Source of the DNA: Bacteroidales bacterium
GTDB taxonomy: Bacteria; Bacteroidota; Bacteroidia; Bacteroidales; P3
NCBI GenBank assembly: GCA_045639845.1
Contig: JAZUDW010000107.1
Coordinates: 4,106-68,105 of the forward strand
DNA: 64,000 nt
Reading direction: 5' to 3'
Of this stretch, positions 18,852 through 28,845 are shown one piece after another. The number at the start of each line of letters is the position of its first letter. Positions within the stretch are counted from its first letter, which is position 1. The notes below the pieces were generated by a model, which was not told the origin of the DNA, searched no databases, and saw only the letters and a program-made list of their open reading frames with translations. The position numbers and the translations under genes are program-made.

Positions 18852-21800
18852 TCAAGGTGCTATCGTGCACGATTCCCCGATAGTCACCTGGGTATTTCCT
18901 CCGACCACGCCACCGTTGCCGCCGCCATACACATTCTTCTCCACTTCGGTGTTGCCGTAAATGTTTACCGTAGTGGAGCCATCGGTTTGGGCAGTATTAC
19001 CCAGTCCGCCACCAAACACGTGGTTTTTGATCAGTACCTTTTTCGTGTCGCCATCCATGCCACGGGTGGTCACCACAGGGTCTCCTACTACAGAAGCCGC
19101 ACTGCCACCACCATACACAGAGCCATTGATGGTCACCTGATGGTTATATGAATGCTCACCATCTGGACAATCGGTGTCTATGTTCACCTGAGGGTTGCCC
19201 GTCACTATGGCCGTGCCACCCAGTCCGCCACCGAACACATCGCCTGTGATCGTGGCATTTCTCACATACACCACCGGGTTGCGAGGTGTTTCGTTTGTCC
19301 CATAGGGTGCCAGATGGCCGCCACCATATACATTACCCAAAGCGTTGGAACCACAAGTGTTGTTCCAATCCACATTGACAGTGATATTGCCATTGATAGC
19401 ACCGCTATTGTTGTTGCCGCCAAACACGTTGCCGATATTTCCACCCGTGATATTTAGGTTGATATCGCCCGTGACATCGGCCTTGTTGGCTCCGCCATAC
19501 ACATTGGCTATCGAACCCTCACCAGTACAGCCGATGGTGATACGGCCGGCATTGGATGCCGCCATGTTGCCTCCACCATAGAGGTCGGTCACAGCGATAG
19601 GGCACAGATTGTTTTCTCCGAAAGCCTCTGCCTCGACATCCACTATGATAGTACCACCGATAGTTCCTTGACTGTTGCTGCCGCCATACACCTCGTTGAT
19701 CGTGCCGCCGTGAAGGATAAGATGCGTATTGTTCGTCACATCGGCAGGAGACGAGGCTCCATTGCCGCCGGCAAACACACGGTTTATCAAACCACCCCAT
19801 ATCGTCACCTCGGTATTCGGCACCGTGGCCGCATTGCCACCGCCGAAAACATCCTCTATGCTGTTGTCGCAATTCTCAACAAGCACCTCGGTATAATCGT
19901 TGGCATTGGTAGGAACATAAGCCGCCAGATTACCGCCGCCATACACAGCAGCCACATGGTATGGATGTTCTTGCGACTCTGTGCCCTTGGATGTAGTAGT
20001 CTTAATATCTACAAATACATGACCCTGAGGTGTTCCGTTGAGGTTGTTGCAGCCGAATATCTCACCCAGCACCACACTGCCGTTGAGGACAACAGTAGTA
20101 TTGCCCGTAACATGAGCTTCCACGTTGGTCGTGGCTCCATTGATGCCCACCTTTGAACCAAGGCCGCCACCATAGGTGCTGTGGAGTTTGCCCCCATTGA
20201 GGTTCACCGATGTGTTGCCCACAATATCGGCAAGGGAACCACCACCATACACATCACCGCGCACGGGGCCAGAGTTGATATCCACTCGTGTATCGCCAAC
20301 CACCTGGGCTAACTCACCACCGCCATAGACGTCGCCCATGACCTCGTCGTTGGCATCAGCCTCAATATTCACATACGTCGTTCCTGTCACCTTGGCCTTG
20401 TCGGGATGGCCCGATTCACCCTTGCCTCCACCGAAAACGTTGCCGTTAACCACATTGCCATCGACCACCTGGCCCAACACACCGCCGTTGATAGTAATGT
20501 TGGTAGTACCATCTACAGCACCCATCTCGCCACCGCCATATACATTGCCGAGGAAGGGATGGCTCGCCGGCAGGTCGATGGTGATATTGATAGTCGAGGC
20601 GTATAGTTCACCAAGGTCAATATCACCAGTAGTAGCAATACGGAGATATTCCTGAGTTGATGTTGAGGCAATACCGGCACCACCACCATATATGTTGCCA
20701 CCGATGGTAGGCCAAAGTTCGTCTGTACCTGTAACGTTGAGATTCACCGAGCCGTTCATCTCTGCTATGTGGTTGATGGTTTGTCCGTAGTTGTTAGTAC
20801 TTCCATAGTAATCTTTTGCTCCCTGACTACCGCCATAGACAGAGCCAACTATCATTCCGCCTGATACATTTACATTCGATGTACCAAAGACAGAACCCAC
20901 GCCTTGCATTGTCACACCAGATGGCATACCATTGACAAATCCGCAACCACCACCGTAAATGCTGCCATTGATAGTGCCGCCAGAGAGGTTCAGTGTAGTA
21001 GATGACAGTTCGAGGCTCAACGGAGCGGGAGTGTATCCACCATTGCCATCGGAATTATGTAAGGTGACACTTGCCAAGGGTGAACCTGCAGGCATACTGC
21101 CCCAAGTGCCATACTGCACACCGTTCATAATAGCATCTGTAGCATTGTTGGCATCGGTTGTCGCATATGGAACATGCATATCCCACGGGTTAAGTCCGAT
21201 GACACCACCGGCACCACCTCCATAGATATTGCCTGTCACAATACCGCTCTTCATGTTGATCTCAGTCTGGCCATACATGTACATATCAACAACGGTAGCA
21301 TCTTTACCATCTTGCACATCACGTCCAAGGCCGCCTGCATAGAGGTTTCCGATAGTGATGTCTTTAAGATCAGCATTCTGCTCTACGTTGATTATTGAAC
21401 GTCCAAAGAATGAAGCGTTAGGCCATTGCCCCCAGTTTCCAGATTTTCCACCAGGTTGGACGAACGTTTTCGAACCGTTTGCAGCCGGATTTCCTTGATT
21501 ACCACCGACAATATATTCCACCTTGCCACCATGTACATTGATCTCATAGTCACCATACATTGAGCCATCCGTCAGTCCGGCAACAATACAATTGATGTCG
21601 CAGGTAAAGGCATCTGTCTTCACCCCTTGATTAGAACCCTGTTCACGTTTGACTGTACCCTCGTTTGGGTTATCCTTATCAATATCAATATTAATGACCG
21701 CCCACACTGGATGTGCTGCAGAACCGAGGATTGTATGGCTTGTATTTCCGCCATTATTAAAGAAAGCTTGAGTGAAACGTCCTGCCATAATACGGCCATA

Positions 21801-24800
21801 GTGGCCCGATTCGATGGTCAAAGTCTGCGGTTTGGACCTAATGGTGTAGGTACTAATGTCTTCCTCATTAAGATTGGAAGCTGTCAGCAGAACCGTGAAC
21901 TCTGGAATATTCTGATCTGCATTAATATTACCATGCCCCTGGCTTAAATTACGGAAATTAGTCATCACCAACCCCTTGCCAAACCACACACTATTTCCAT
22001 GGCAATCAAAGAAGTTGTTGTCATCTGTGTTTTTATTGGCTCTAAAAGTAAGATACTCGAATTTGGTATCACCCTTTACATAGTTGTGGAAACCATTTGT
22101 AGTTGATGTATTATTCACACCCGTCTCGCCTGTCTTTACAATTTTGATCACGCCGTTGTAATCCACGCCACCCCATTTCCCGGTGAGTGCAGCAGGATTT
22201 GTACCTTTACTACGGAAGGCTACATCGGTGCCAGGGTTCAGTATGCCTATTACCACCACATAGTTCTTATCCCAAGTGCCACCATCTGCCACTGGTTTCA
22301 GCAGCAGGTTGGCGTTGTCGATGGTCTTAACTGCAGTCTCGGGGGTCCAGCCGCGGAGGGTAGATCCCACGGCGTTATCGACACCTCTTGTGCCATCCAC
22401 AAAGACCACGATGGCGTTGGTGCCGTAGAGCCAGCAACTGATAGGGTCATGGCCATCTACGGTGAGTGTCACTAGGCAATATACGCCATTGCCAGCAGCC
22501 ATAATCTGGTCGTTGGTCAGGCTGATTGATGCGTTGCTTCCGACAAGGGGCGTGGTTTTGTCGGATTCGTACCATTGGTAGCTGATGCTGATACCGGGAT
22601 CGGTAGGAACAGGAATATCACCTGGATTGACAGTAAATGTATAACCGGAGGCATCATCGCCCGTACGTTCCATCACAGGAACAAAACTGATACCTTCCTC
22701 CACAAACATCTCGGCCAACTCTTCGTCTTCCATATAGGTGCCGGCATTGACTCCTTGCATATAGTACATATAATAAGGAGCGTATGTGGCATCATTGGTA
22801 GTGAATTGCGGATAGATGCCTGTCTTGGTGTTCGAGTTGTTGAGGGTGTAGCCAAGGATGGTTTTCGACTGTTTCTTGATAACATCAATCTCGTTCTGGA
22901 TGGTAAAGGTACTGTCATCCACAGTCAGATAGCTGATACCATCAATTACCTCAGGTGTCTTTGTGTAGTTGCGAGTGCGAGCTGTTTGGTTCAATAACGC
23001 AGGCAGCAGACCTATCTTGTAGTCGCTGTAGTACCACGTCTTGCGCTTTGTCCAATCTTCCGTAATAGTAACATTCTCGCCAGAATAGTCATCATAGACG
23101 TATGTTGTGCCATTGGCCTTGAAAAATATACCGACAATAGGGCCTACGGCAGCATAAGGTGCGTATATCTTACCCGAGTAAAGCACATGCTCTGGCAGGG
23201 AGGAAGGAGCCTCAATACGTCCCAAAATACCACCGATGACGAAACCGTTGTTGTACATATTGTAGTTGCTGCCGCTCTTAGTGGCAAGAGTGATACTGCT
23301 AAAGTCGAAATCAACCTTGGAGATACACTGGTTGACCTCAGATTTGTTGGCTGCTGTCTGCTTGGTATAGCCGAGGATACCACCAAAGGCATAAGTCATA
23401 TTGTGTACGAACGTGTGGGTGCCTGTTGAGTGCATCTTACCACTGACAGCACAGTGTTCTATCTTGTTGGGCGTAGTGGCGATGGGCACGAGTTGACCAG
23501 CAATGCCGCCTACATAGACTGCATTGGTGAGGTCGCAGTTGAAGTTTATGTCAAGGTCTGGCAGATCGATGTTAGAGATAACAGACGGATAGTTGGCTGC
23601 ACCTGTGACATTGCCAAATGCACCACCAATGTATGAAGCCGCGGTGATGTTACCATTGAAGGTAAGATTGGAACCGGTAGTTACTTTCCAATCACGAACC
23701 GTAGTTTTATCCACGACACCCGCAAGACCACCGAGATAGCTGCCCGTAGTGATTTGTCCGCCAATGGTCACGCTGGCAGTGCCGATAGAAATGTCACTGC
23801 TCTGGATAGCATTTTCTGTCTGACTTCTACCCAAAAGATAACCTGCAAAACCACCAATCTGGCTACCTGATGCCACGTTACCACTTATGGCAACCGATGT
23901 TGTACCGGTGATTTCCGTATTGGTGATGTTGATGTAGTTGTTGGTTGCATTGGCTGGCGCTATCTGGCCAGCAAAGCCGCCGAGAGGACTTGCTATGGAT
24001 ACATTGCCCGTTACACTTGATGCGGTATTGCCTGTGATGGTGATATGATTAATACTCAGCGGAGCACCGGCAGCACTTGCGGCATTGCCCACAAAGCCAC
24101 CCACCTGACTGCCCGTAGTGACAAGATTGCCATTGACAGTGACGATGCTGCTGGTCACGCTCCAAGTGTCAATAGTGACATTGGTGGAAGCCTGACCCAT
24201 GAGGCCTATCTTGGAGCCGACTACATTATTGGAGGTAGTGGTACCCGTGGTGATGCTGGCTGTACCTATGGTGAAGTTAGTGGCCGAAGATGGATAGGAG
24301 GCTGCGGCAGTGATGCTACCGATGGCACTGCCGAGATAAGATCCAGCAGTAATATTTCCAGAATGGGTGATGGTAGCGCTGGTGATGCTCCAGCGATCGA
24401 GGTTGCACCCCTGAGCTACAAGTCCTACGAGACCGGCATAGTAACTACCTACAGAGGTATTACCGGAAAGGGTAATATTGGTTGTGCCAAGTGAAACATT
24501 CTTGGCGGTAATAAGAGCACCTGTTTGGCTTCTGCCTACGAAATAGCCCGAGAAACCACCTATATGGCTGGCAGCGGTGATGTCGCCACCCACAGAGACG
24601 ATGGTAGTACCAGCTATGCTTACGCCCTCATTGGTAGCATCATTTCCTCCAATGGTAATCGTCGCGTTGGCACTGTTGGCATTGGCAAACTGTCCGGCGA
24701 AACCGGCAAGTTGGCTTCCGATAGTTATGCCACCAGTGACAGTCACAGCACTGTTGCCCGTGATTTTAATTTTCTTGACTATCAGAGGTGCGTTGTTGGC

Positions 24801-26006
24801 ACTGGCCAGGTAACCCACGAAACCGCCTAACTGACTGGCTGTTGTTGTAAGGCTGCCTTTCACTTGCACTGAGGTATTGGCTATTGTCCAGTTCTCAAGA
24901 CGCACGTTGGTAGTACATTGACCGATGAAACCTGCTTTGATGGCTTGCATCTCTGCTGTTGACTTGTTGGCCTCTGTGCCTATAATCACCTGTGCCGTAC
25001 CGGTGGATGTGACACCTGTGACAGCAGTCTCTTGTGCAGCCACACCAAAAATGCCGCCGACGAACGAGCCGAGATTGAGAGCCACATTCGGATTATCCGC
25101 ATTGTTGTAGGTGAGCGAAGGTGCCGTAACATTCACATTGTCAACCGTACTATAGGTATTGATCTGACCGATGACGCCACCGATGAACGAATTCGCAACT
25201 GTCACTTTGTTAATCGTCACAGACGGATTGCTGACAGTGAGACCGCTGATAGTAGATACACCTTCAGCAGAGGTTCCTGCAAACTTACCGATAGCGGCAC
25301 CAATGAAAGAAGCACCAGCATTGGTTACAGAGACAGTCACAGAAGGGCTAGTCACAGAACAGTTCGTGATGGTAGAGTTCTTTTGAACCGTTGCGGCCAA
25401 AGCTCCAATATAGTTCGTACCCGTGAGATTGGTGTAGCTGACGGTAACGCTGTTGACGTGAACACCCGTAATAGTTGCATACTGCGCCATGTTGCCCACA
25501 AAGGCACTGGTGTATGTTGTCGATCCAAGGTCAACCGCATCGGGTTGGGTGATGGTAACATGGCTGATGGTAAGGTTTTTCACCTCGGCACGATTATCTG
25601 CAGAACCCTGAATAGTACCAAAGAGGGCATTACACTTGTTCGACACTGGCGTGATGGTATAGTTGCTGACAGTCTTGTTGTTACCATCAAGGTGGCCCTT
25701 GAAGGTTTTGGGGGCAGCACCAGCATAGGGCCAATCGTGGCCTCCGAGATCGATGTCGGCATTCAATTTCCAATAGGCAGTGCTATTGTGGGCCAATGCG
25801 CCGAAAGCCACAAACTTGTTGGGATCGTCGATAATATAGGGATCTGATTCCACACCGGTGCCAGTGATACCAGCAGCAACAAGGGTGGTATATTGAGTGG
25901 TTCCATCCCATACGATAGGGCTTTGTGCCCATGCAATGCCTGTTCCTAATAAAAAGACAACAAGGAGCACCACCAGGTGCATTTTATAAATATAATATTT
26001 ATTCAT
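18852..26006 (-). CDS. Giant exported repeat protein: signal peptide, GLUG-like array (about aa 60-940), Ig-like linker, YGGG beta-solenoid (about aa 1197-2384); no T9SS CTD recognised
   Basis: Uninterrupted 7155-nt ORF with an ATG start. Signal peptide MNKYYIYKMHLVVLLVVFLLGTGIAWA. Repeats are described in the findings. A TAtaTTTG promoter box lies 133 nt upstream. Confidence 0.85.
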   Translation of the reverse strand: MNKYYIYKMHLVVLLVVFLLGTGIAWAQSPIVWDGTTQYTTLVAAGITGTGVESDPYIIDDPNKFVAFGALAHNSTAYWKLNADIDLGGHDWPYAGAAPKTFKGHLDGNNKTVSNYTITPVSNKCNALFGTIQGSADNRAEVKNLTISHVTITQPDAVDLGSTTYTSAFVGNMAQYATITGVHVNSVTVSYTNLTGTNYIGALAATVQKNSTITNCSVTSPSVTVSVTNAGASFIGAAIGKFAGTSAEGVSTISGLTVSNPSVTINKVTVANSFIGGVIGQINTYSTVDNVNVTAPSLTYNNADNPNVALNLGSFVGGIFGVAAQETAVTGVTSTGTAQVIIGTEANKSTAEMQAIKAGFIGQCTTNVRLENWTIANTSVQVKGSLTTTASQLGGFVGYLASANNAPLIVKKIKITGNSAVTVTGGITIGSQLAGFAGQFANANSANATITIGGNDATNEGVSIAGTTIVSVGGDITAASHIGGFSGYFVGRSQTGALITAKNVSLGTTNITLSGNTSVGSYYAGLVGLVAQGCNLDRWSITSATITHSGNITAGSYLGSAIGSITAAASYPSSATNFTIGTASITTGTTTSNNVVGSKIGLMGQASTNVTIDTWSVTSSIVTVNGNLVTTGSQVGGFVGNAASAAGAPLSINHITITGNTASSVTGNVSIASPLGGFAGQIAPANATNNYINITNTEITGTTSVAISGNVASGSQIGGFAGYLLGRSQTENAIQSSDISIGTASVTIGGQITTGSYLGGLAGVVDKTTVRDWKVTTGSNLTFNGNITAASYIGGAFGNVTGAANYPSVISNIDLPDLDINFNCDLTNAVYVGGIAGQLVPIATTPNKIEHCAVSGKMHSTGTHTFVHNMTYAFGGILGYTKQTAANKSEVNQCISKVDFDFSSITLATKSGSNYNMYNNGFVIGGILGRIEAPSSLPEHVLYSGKIYAPYAAVGPIVGIFFKANGTTYVYDDYSGENVTITEDWTKRKTWYYSDYKIGLLPALLNQTARTRNYTKTPEVIDGISYLTVDDSTFTIQNEIDVIKKQSKTILGYTLNNSNTKTGIYPQFTTNDATYAPYYMYYMQGVNAGTYMEDEELAEMFVEEGISFVPVMERTGDDASGYTFTVNPGDIPVPTDPGISISYQWYESDKTTPLVGSNASISLTNDQIMAAGNGVYCLVTLTVDGHDPISCWLYGTNAIVVFVDGTRGVDNAVGSTLRGWTPETAVKTIDNANLLLKPVADGGTWDKNYVVVIGILNPGTDVAFRSKGTNPAALTGKWGGVDYNGVIKIVKTGETGVNNTSTTNGFHNYVKGDTKFEYLTFRANKNTDDNNFFDCHGNSVWFGKGLVMTNFRNLSQGHGNINADQNIPEFTVLLTASNLNEEDISTYTIRSKPQTLTIESGHYGRIMAGRFTQAFFNNGGNTSHTILGSAAHPVWAVINIDIDKDNPNEGTVKREQGSNQGVKTDAFTCDINCIVAGLTDGSMYGDYEINVHGGKVEYIVGGNQGNPAANGSKTFVQPGGKSGNWGQWPNASFFGRSIINVEQNADLKDITIGNLYAGGLGRDVQDGKDATVVDMYMYGQTEINMKSGIVTGNIYGGGAGGVIGLNPWDMHVPYATTDANNATDAIMNGVQYGTWGSMPAGSPLASVTLHNSDGNGGYTPAPLSLELSSTTLNLSGGTINGSIYGGGCGFVNGMPSGVTMQGVGSVFGTSNVNVSGGMIVGSVYGGSQGAKDYYGSTNNYGQTINHIAEMNGSVNLNVTGTDELWPTIGGNIYGGGAGIASTSTQEYLRIATTGDIDLGELYASTINITIDLPASHPFLGNVYGGGEMGAVDGTTNITINGGVLGQVVDGNVVNGNVFGGGKGESGHPDKAKVTGTTYVNIEADANDEVMGDVYGGGELAQVVGDTRVDINSGPVRGDVYGGGSLADIVGNTSVNLNGGKLHSTYGGGLGSKVGINGATTNVEAHVTGNTTVVLNGSVVLGEIFGCNNLNGTPQGHVFVDIKTTTSKGTESQEHPYHVAAVYGGGNLAAYVPTNANDYTEVLVENCDNSIEDVFGGGNAATVPNTEVTIWGGLINRVFAGGNGASSPADVTNNTHLILHGGTINEVYGGSNSQGTIGGTIIVDVEAEAFGENNLCPIAVTDLYGGGNMAASNAGRITIGCTGEGSIANVYGGANKADVTGDINLNITGGNIGNVFGGNNNSGAINGNITVNVDWNNTCGSNALGNVYGGGHLAPYGTNETPRNPVVYVRNATITGDVFGGGLGGTAIVTGNPQVNIDTDCPDGEHSYNHQVTINGSVYGGGSAASVVGDPVVTTRGMDGDTKKVLIKNHVFGGGLGNTAQTDGSTTVNIYGNTEVEKNVYGGGNGGVVGGNTQVTIGESCTIAP

Positions 26007-26138
26007 ATCACTTTCTTTTCATCAAAAAGGCCATCTAAATATCTTTGCCAACAACCTATCTCACATCCATTATATCACTATAAATCACGTCAAAAAAAAA
26101 CGCAATTCACATGAATCAATTCAATATTTTTTCAAATG

Positions 26139-26146
26139 CAAATATA
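26139..26146 (-). promoter_or_regulatory. -7 promoter box (TAtaTTTG) of the giant gene
   Basis: Exact motif 133 nt upstream of ATG 26006. The surrounding sequence ttttttgtatatttgcatttg is homologous to the promoter context of the 675-aa gene. Confidence 0.55.
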
Positions 26147-26255
26147 CAAAAAAAATACCATTCACCAATCTTTTTTGAGTAATATGATGACGACAAATTG
26201 TGTCAAAAAAAAAACGAAAAAAAAGTAGAAGTTGTGAATATAAGATACCGTCAAA

Positions 26256-26316
26256 GGATTATCTGCATGTAGGTGATTACTTGATTTTGCCACACCCACC
26301 ATGGCTATTTGAACAA
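26256..26316 (+). repeat. Module M1, copy B (upstream of the giant gene)
   Basis: ggattatctgcatgtaggtgattacttgattttgccacacccaccatggctatttgaaca. Confidence 0.65.
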
Positions 26317-26503
26317 TAATCTAACGACTATAAGACATATTGGTTCAACCATACAGATGGAAAACGCGAAGGGGATAGACCCATAGTAGAAATGGGGATA
26401 GTGCGGGATGCCAGCACCGCTTTGCGGATAATCATTGTATTTCATCATAAATCAATCAAATAATCATTTTTCTTTCACTTTTTCCTTTCTATCCTCATTG
26501 ATG

Positions 26504-26633
26504 GACAGTGCCACAAGTGACACTCTTTTTAAAAATAATACGCGAGGGTATTTATTGACCACATCGACGAACTATTCAATAAACAAACCCGCGCGTATAG
26601 TTTATGTTTTAGACCGTCACTTGTGGCACTGTC
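26504..26633. repeat. Perfect 18-bp inverted repeat with a 94-bp spacer
   Basis: gacagtgccacaagtgac at 26504-26521 and gtcacttgtggcactgtc at 26616-26633. The spacer itself is partly self-complementary (acgcgaggg / cccgcgcgt). Confidence 0.8.
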
Positions 26634-26792
26634 TCCACTGTCGGATGCCGTTCCGATAATACAGAATTATGCCACTTGTATTGGACATACTGTTAGCCAC
26701 AATAAAAGCGAGGGGGTAACGTTATTTAACAAATACCAACCAAGAGGGCATCCTCCCTTGGAGGCAATCTTCAACCACCCATGTAGGATAGC

Positions 26793-26845
26793 TCTGCCCT
26801 CGGAGTGCCTTCGGAGTGCCTTCGGAGTGGTCTCGTCCCAGACAC
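26793..26845 (+). repeat. Module M2 (triple 10-nt GTGCCTTCGG repeat plus hairpin), giant-gene locus
   Basis: tctgccctcggagtgccttcggagtgccttcggagtggtctcgtcccagacac. Confidence 0.65.
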
Positions 26846-27075
26846 CTCACGGCCACGAGGCCACCAGCAACGCATATTGCGAGGAGGCATTGAGCACTTG
26901 GAATCGGGAAAGAACGAGATCTGGCAGTCTCTTTTCCCCCATTATTAATCTGACGAATGGGCATGTAGGGTAGTATTGTTTGATTTCGAGATCAGAAGAA
27001 AATCACTAAAAAACAACATTTGTCCGATCGCCGTTCAACGGTCGCCCCAAATATTCACATAACGCCAACAACATT

Positions 27076-28455
27076 ATGCAAATCTACTGGATCGTAATAG
27101 CAGTATTGACAATAGCAAGCATGGTCGCGATTCTTTTGTTAAGAAAGATTCATCAGGAACGGATCTCTGCAGTGGTCCAAAGGATGCATGCCGAGTCTAT
27201 GACCGAAAAATCACAATTGGAGACCGAGCGGGCTTTTCTGCTGCAACAGACAGACAGTCTCAATCACCAACTGAGGATGCAGGCCGACCAACACAAGGAA
27301 GAACTGCAACAACGGCTTGCCGACCAGCAGGCCTCTTTCGAAAGCCACCTACAGCAACAACTGATGCTCAAGGACCAGACCTACAGCGACGCACTCCGCA
27401 CACAGCAGGCCCAGTTTCAGGCAACAATAGACAAAGTTTCGGAACAGCTGAAAAATGCGACCCACGAGATGCTCAAAGAACGCCAAAAGGAGTTTTCAGA
27501 AACGAGCAGAGAGAGCATAGACCAAGTGCTGCAGCCCTTGCGCAACAGTCTGACGATGATGCACGAGACCCTAGAGCGCAACACGCAACAGCATAGCGAC
27601 CTAAGAGGAGAGCTTCGCACCAGCATAACCCACCTACTGCAACAGACGATGGCAACCAAAGAGAGTGCCGACCATCTAGCCCATGTGTTTGACCACGGCA
27701 ACCAGGCTCAAGGGGTATGGGGCGAGACGATACTCGATGAGTTGCTTTCTTCGCAAGGTCTGAGCGCCAACATACACTATCACCTCCAATCCACGCTCTC
27801 CCACCCCGATGGTTCCTCGATAGGTGGAACGCGGATTCGCCCCGATGTGGTGCTGCACCTGGACCACCAGCGGGAGGTAATCATCGATGCCAAAGTGTCG
27901 ATGACTGACTATGTGGAATACCTCAACGCCACCACGACAGAGCAGCGTGAGCAGCACCTGAAAGCCCATATTGCCAGTTTGAGGAAACATGTCGAAGAGC
28001 TTTCACGCAAAGACTATACAGCGTACATTGCTCCGCCAAAGGTAAGGATGGACTATGTGATCATGTTCGTGCCCAACAGCGGTGCCCTCTGGACAGTACT
28101 CCACGCACAGCCGGACCTATGGCGCAAGGCCATGGAGAAAAACGTATATATTGCCGACGAGCAGTCGCTCTGTGCGGCACTCCGCATTGTGGAGATGACG
28201 TGGAGGCAGATAGCACAGGTACGGAATCATGAGGAGGTGTATCGCATAGCCGAAGAAATGGTGCACCGTGTGGGGCATTTCGTCGAATGGTACAACAACA
28301 TAGGCGAAGCCCTCGAAAAAGCCCACCATGCTTACGAGGAGGGACAGAAGAAGCTGTCGGACAACGGACAGAGCATCGTCCAGTCGGCCAACAAACTGAT
28401 TCGTCTAGGTGTGCCCAACAGCAAGAAGCATCCGCTGCCTCCACCCAAAGAATAG
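27076..28455 (+). CDS. rmuC: DNA recombination protein RmuC
   Basis: 459 aa. N-terminal TM helix, a long Gln/Glu-rich coiled coil, then the RmuC nuclease-like C-terminal domain (PDVVLHLDHQREVIIDAKVS, DYVIMFVPN). Confidence 0.85.
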   Translation: MQIYWIVIAVLTIASMVAILLLRKIHQERISAVVQRMHAESMTEKSQLETERAFLLQQTDSLNHQLRMQADQHKEELQQRLADQQASFESHLQQQLMLKDQTYSDALRTQQAQFQATIDKVSEQLKNATHEMLKERQKEFSETSRESIDQVLQPLRNSLTMMHETLERNTQQHSDLRGELRTSITHLLQQTMATKESADHLAHVFDHGNQAQGVWGETILDELLSSQGLSANIHYHLQSTLSHPDGSSIGGTRIRPDVVLHLDHQREVIIDAKVSMTDYVEYLNATTTEQREQHLKAHIASLRKHVEELSRKDYTAYIAPPKVRMDYVIMFVPNSGALWTVLHAQPDLWRKAMEKNVYIADEQSLCAALRIVEMTWRQIAQVRNHEEVYRIAEEMVHRVGHFVEWYNNIGEALEKAHHAYEEGQKKLSDNGQSIVQSANKLIRLGVPNSKKHPLPPPKE

Positions 28456-28460
28456 CCATT

Positions 28461-28670
28461 AGTGATGATAAAAAATAAATTGGTACGATTTTGCTTTAGA
28501 TTGTTGAGATATTTTGGAGTTGAGACGAGAGAGCATAGCGGGCTATGAGAAGAAGTCCGGTGGACTTCGATAGTATTTCTGTAAGGATTGCGCAGCGGAG
28601 CAAGCAAAACGGAGAAAATCGTATCAAGTTGTGACGCCATTGTGTCCCAAGTTATTTTTTCATCATCACT
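28461..28670 (+). repeat. MITE-like intergenic element, copy 1 (about 210 bp, terminal inverted repeats AGTGATGATaAAAAA)
   Basis: Begins agtgatgataaaaaataaattggtacgattttgctttagattgttgagatattttgg and ends attgtgtcccaagttattttttcatcatcact. The ends are inverted repeats of each other. Homologous to 60141-60323 in the opposite orientation. Confidence 0.75.
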
Positions 28671-28845
28671 TAATGGCGATAGCATTGGAATTAATTTGCG
28701 ATGATAAAAAAAACAAACGGGTGCACTCATGGATTGCCACTTTTTTACCAATACACAGCTAAACAATTATGAATAAACAAATTAAGAAATTATAATATAC
28801 ATCCTGTTGAATCGTCGCTTGATATCTTTTTGCGCTAAAAATGCT

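Noticed and set aside
26435-26973. 74-aa and 116-aa ORFs in the region upstream of the giant gene
   Set aside because: They run through repeat modules (the 18-bp inverted repeat and M2). They have low-complexity or odd composition, and no promoter box is placed correctly. I treat them as non-coding.
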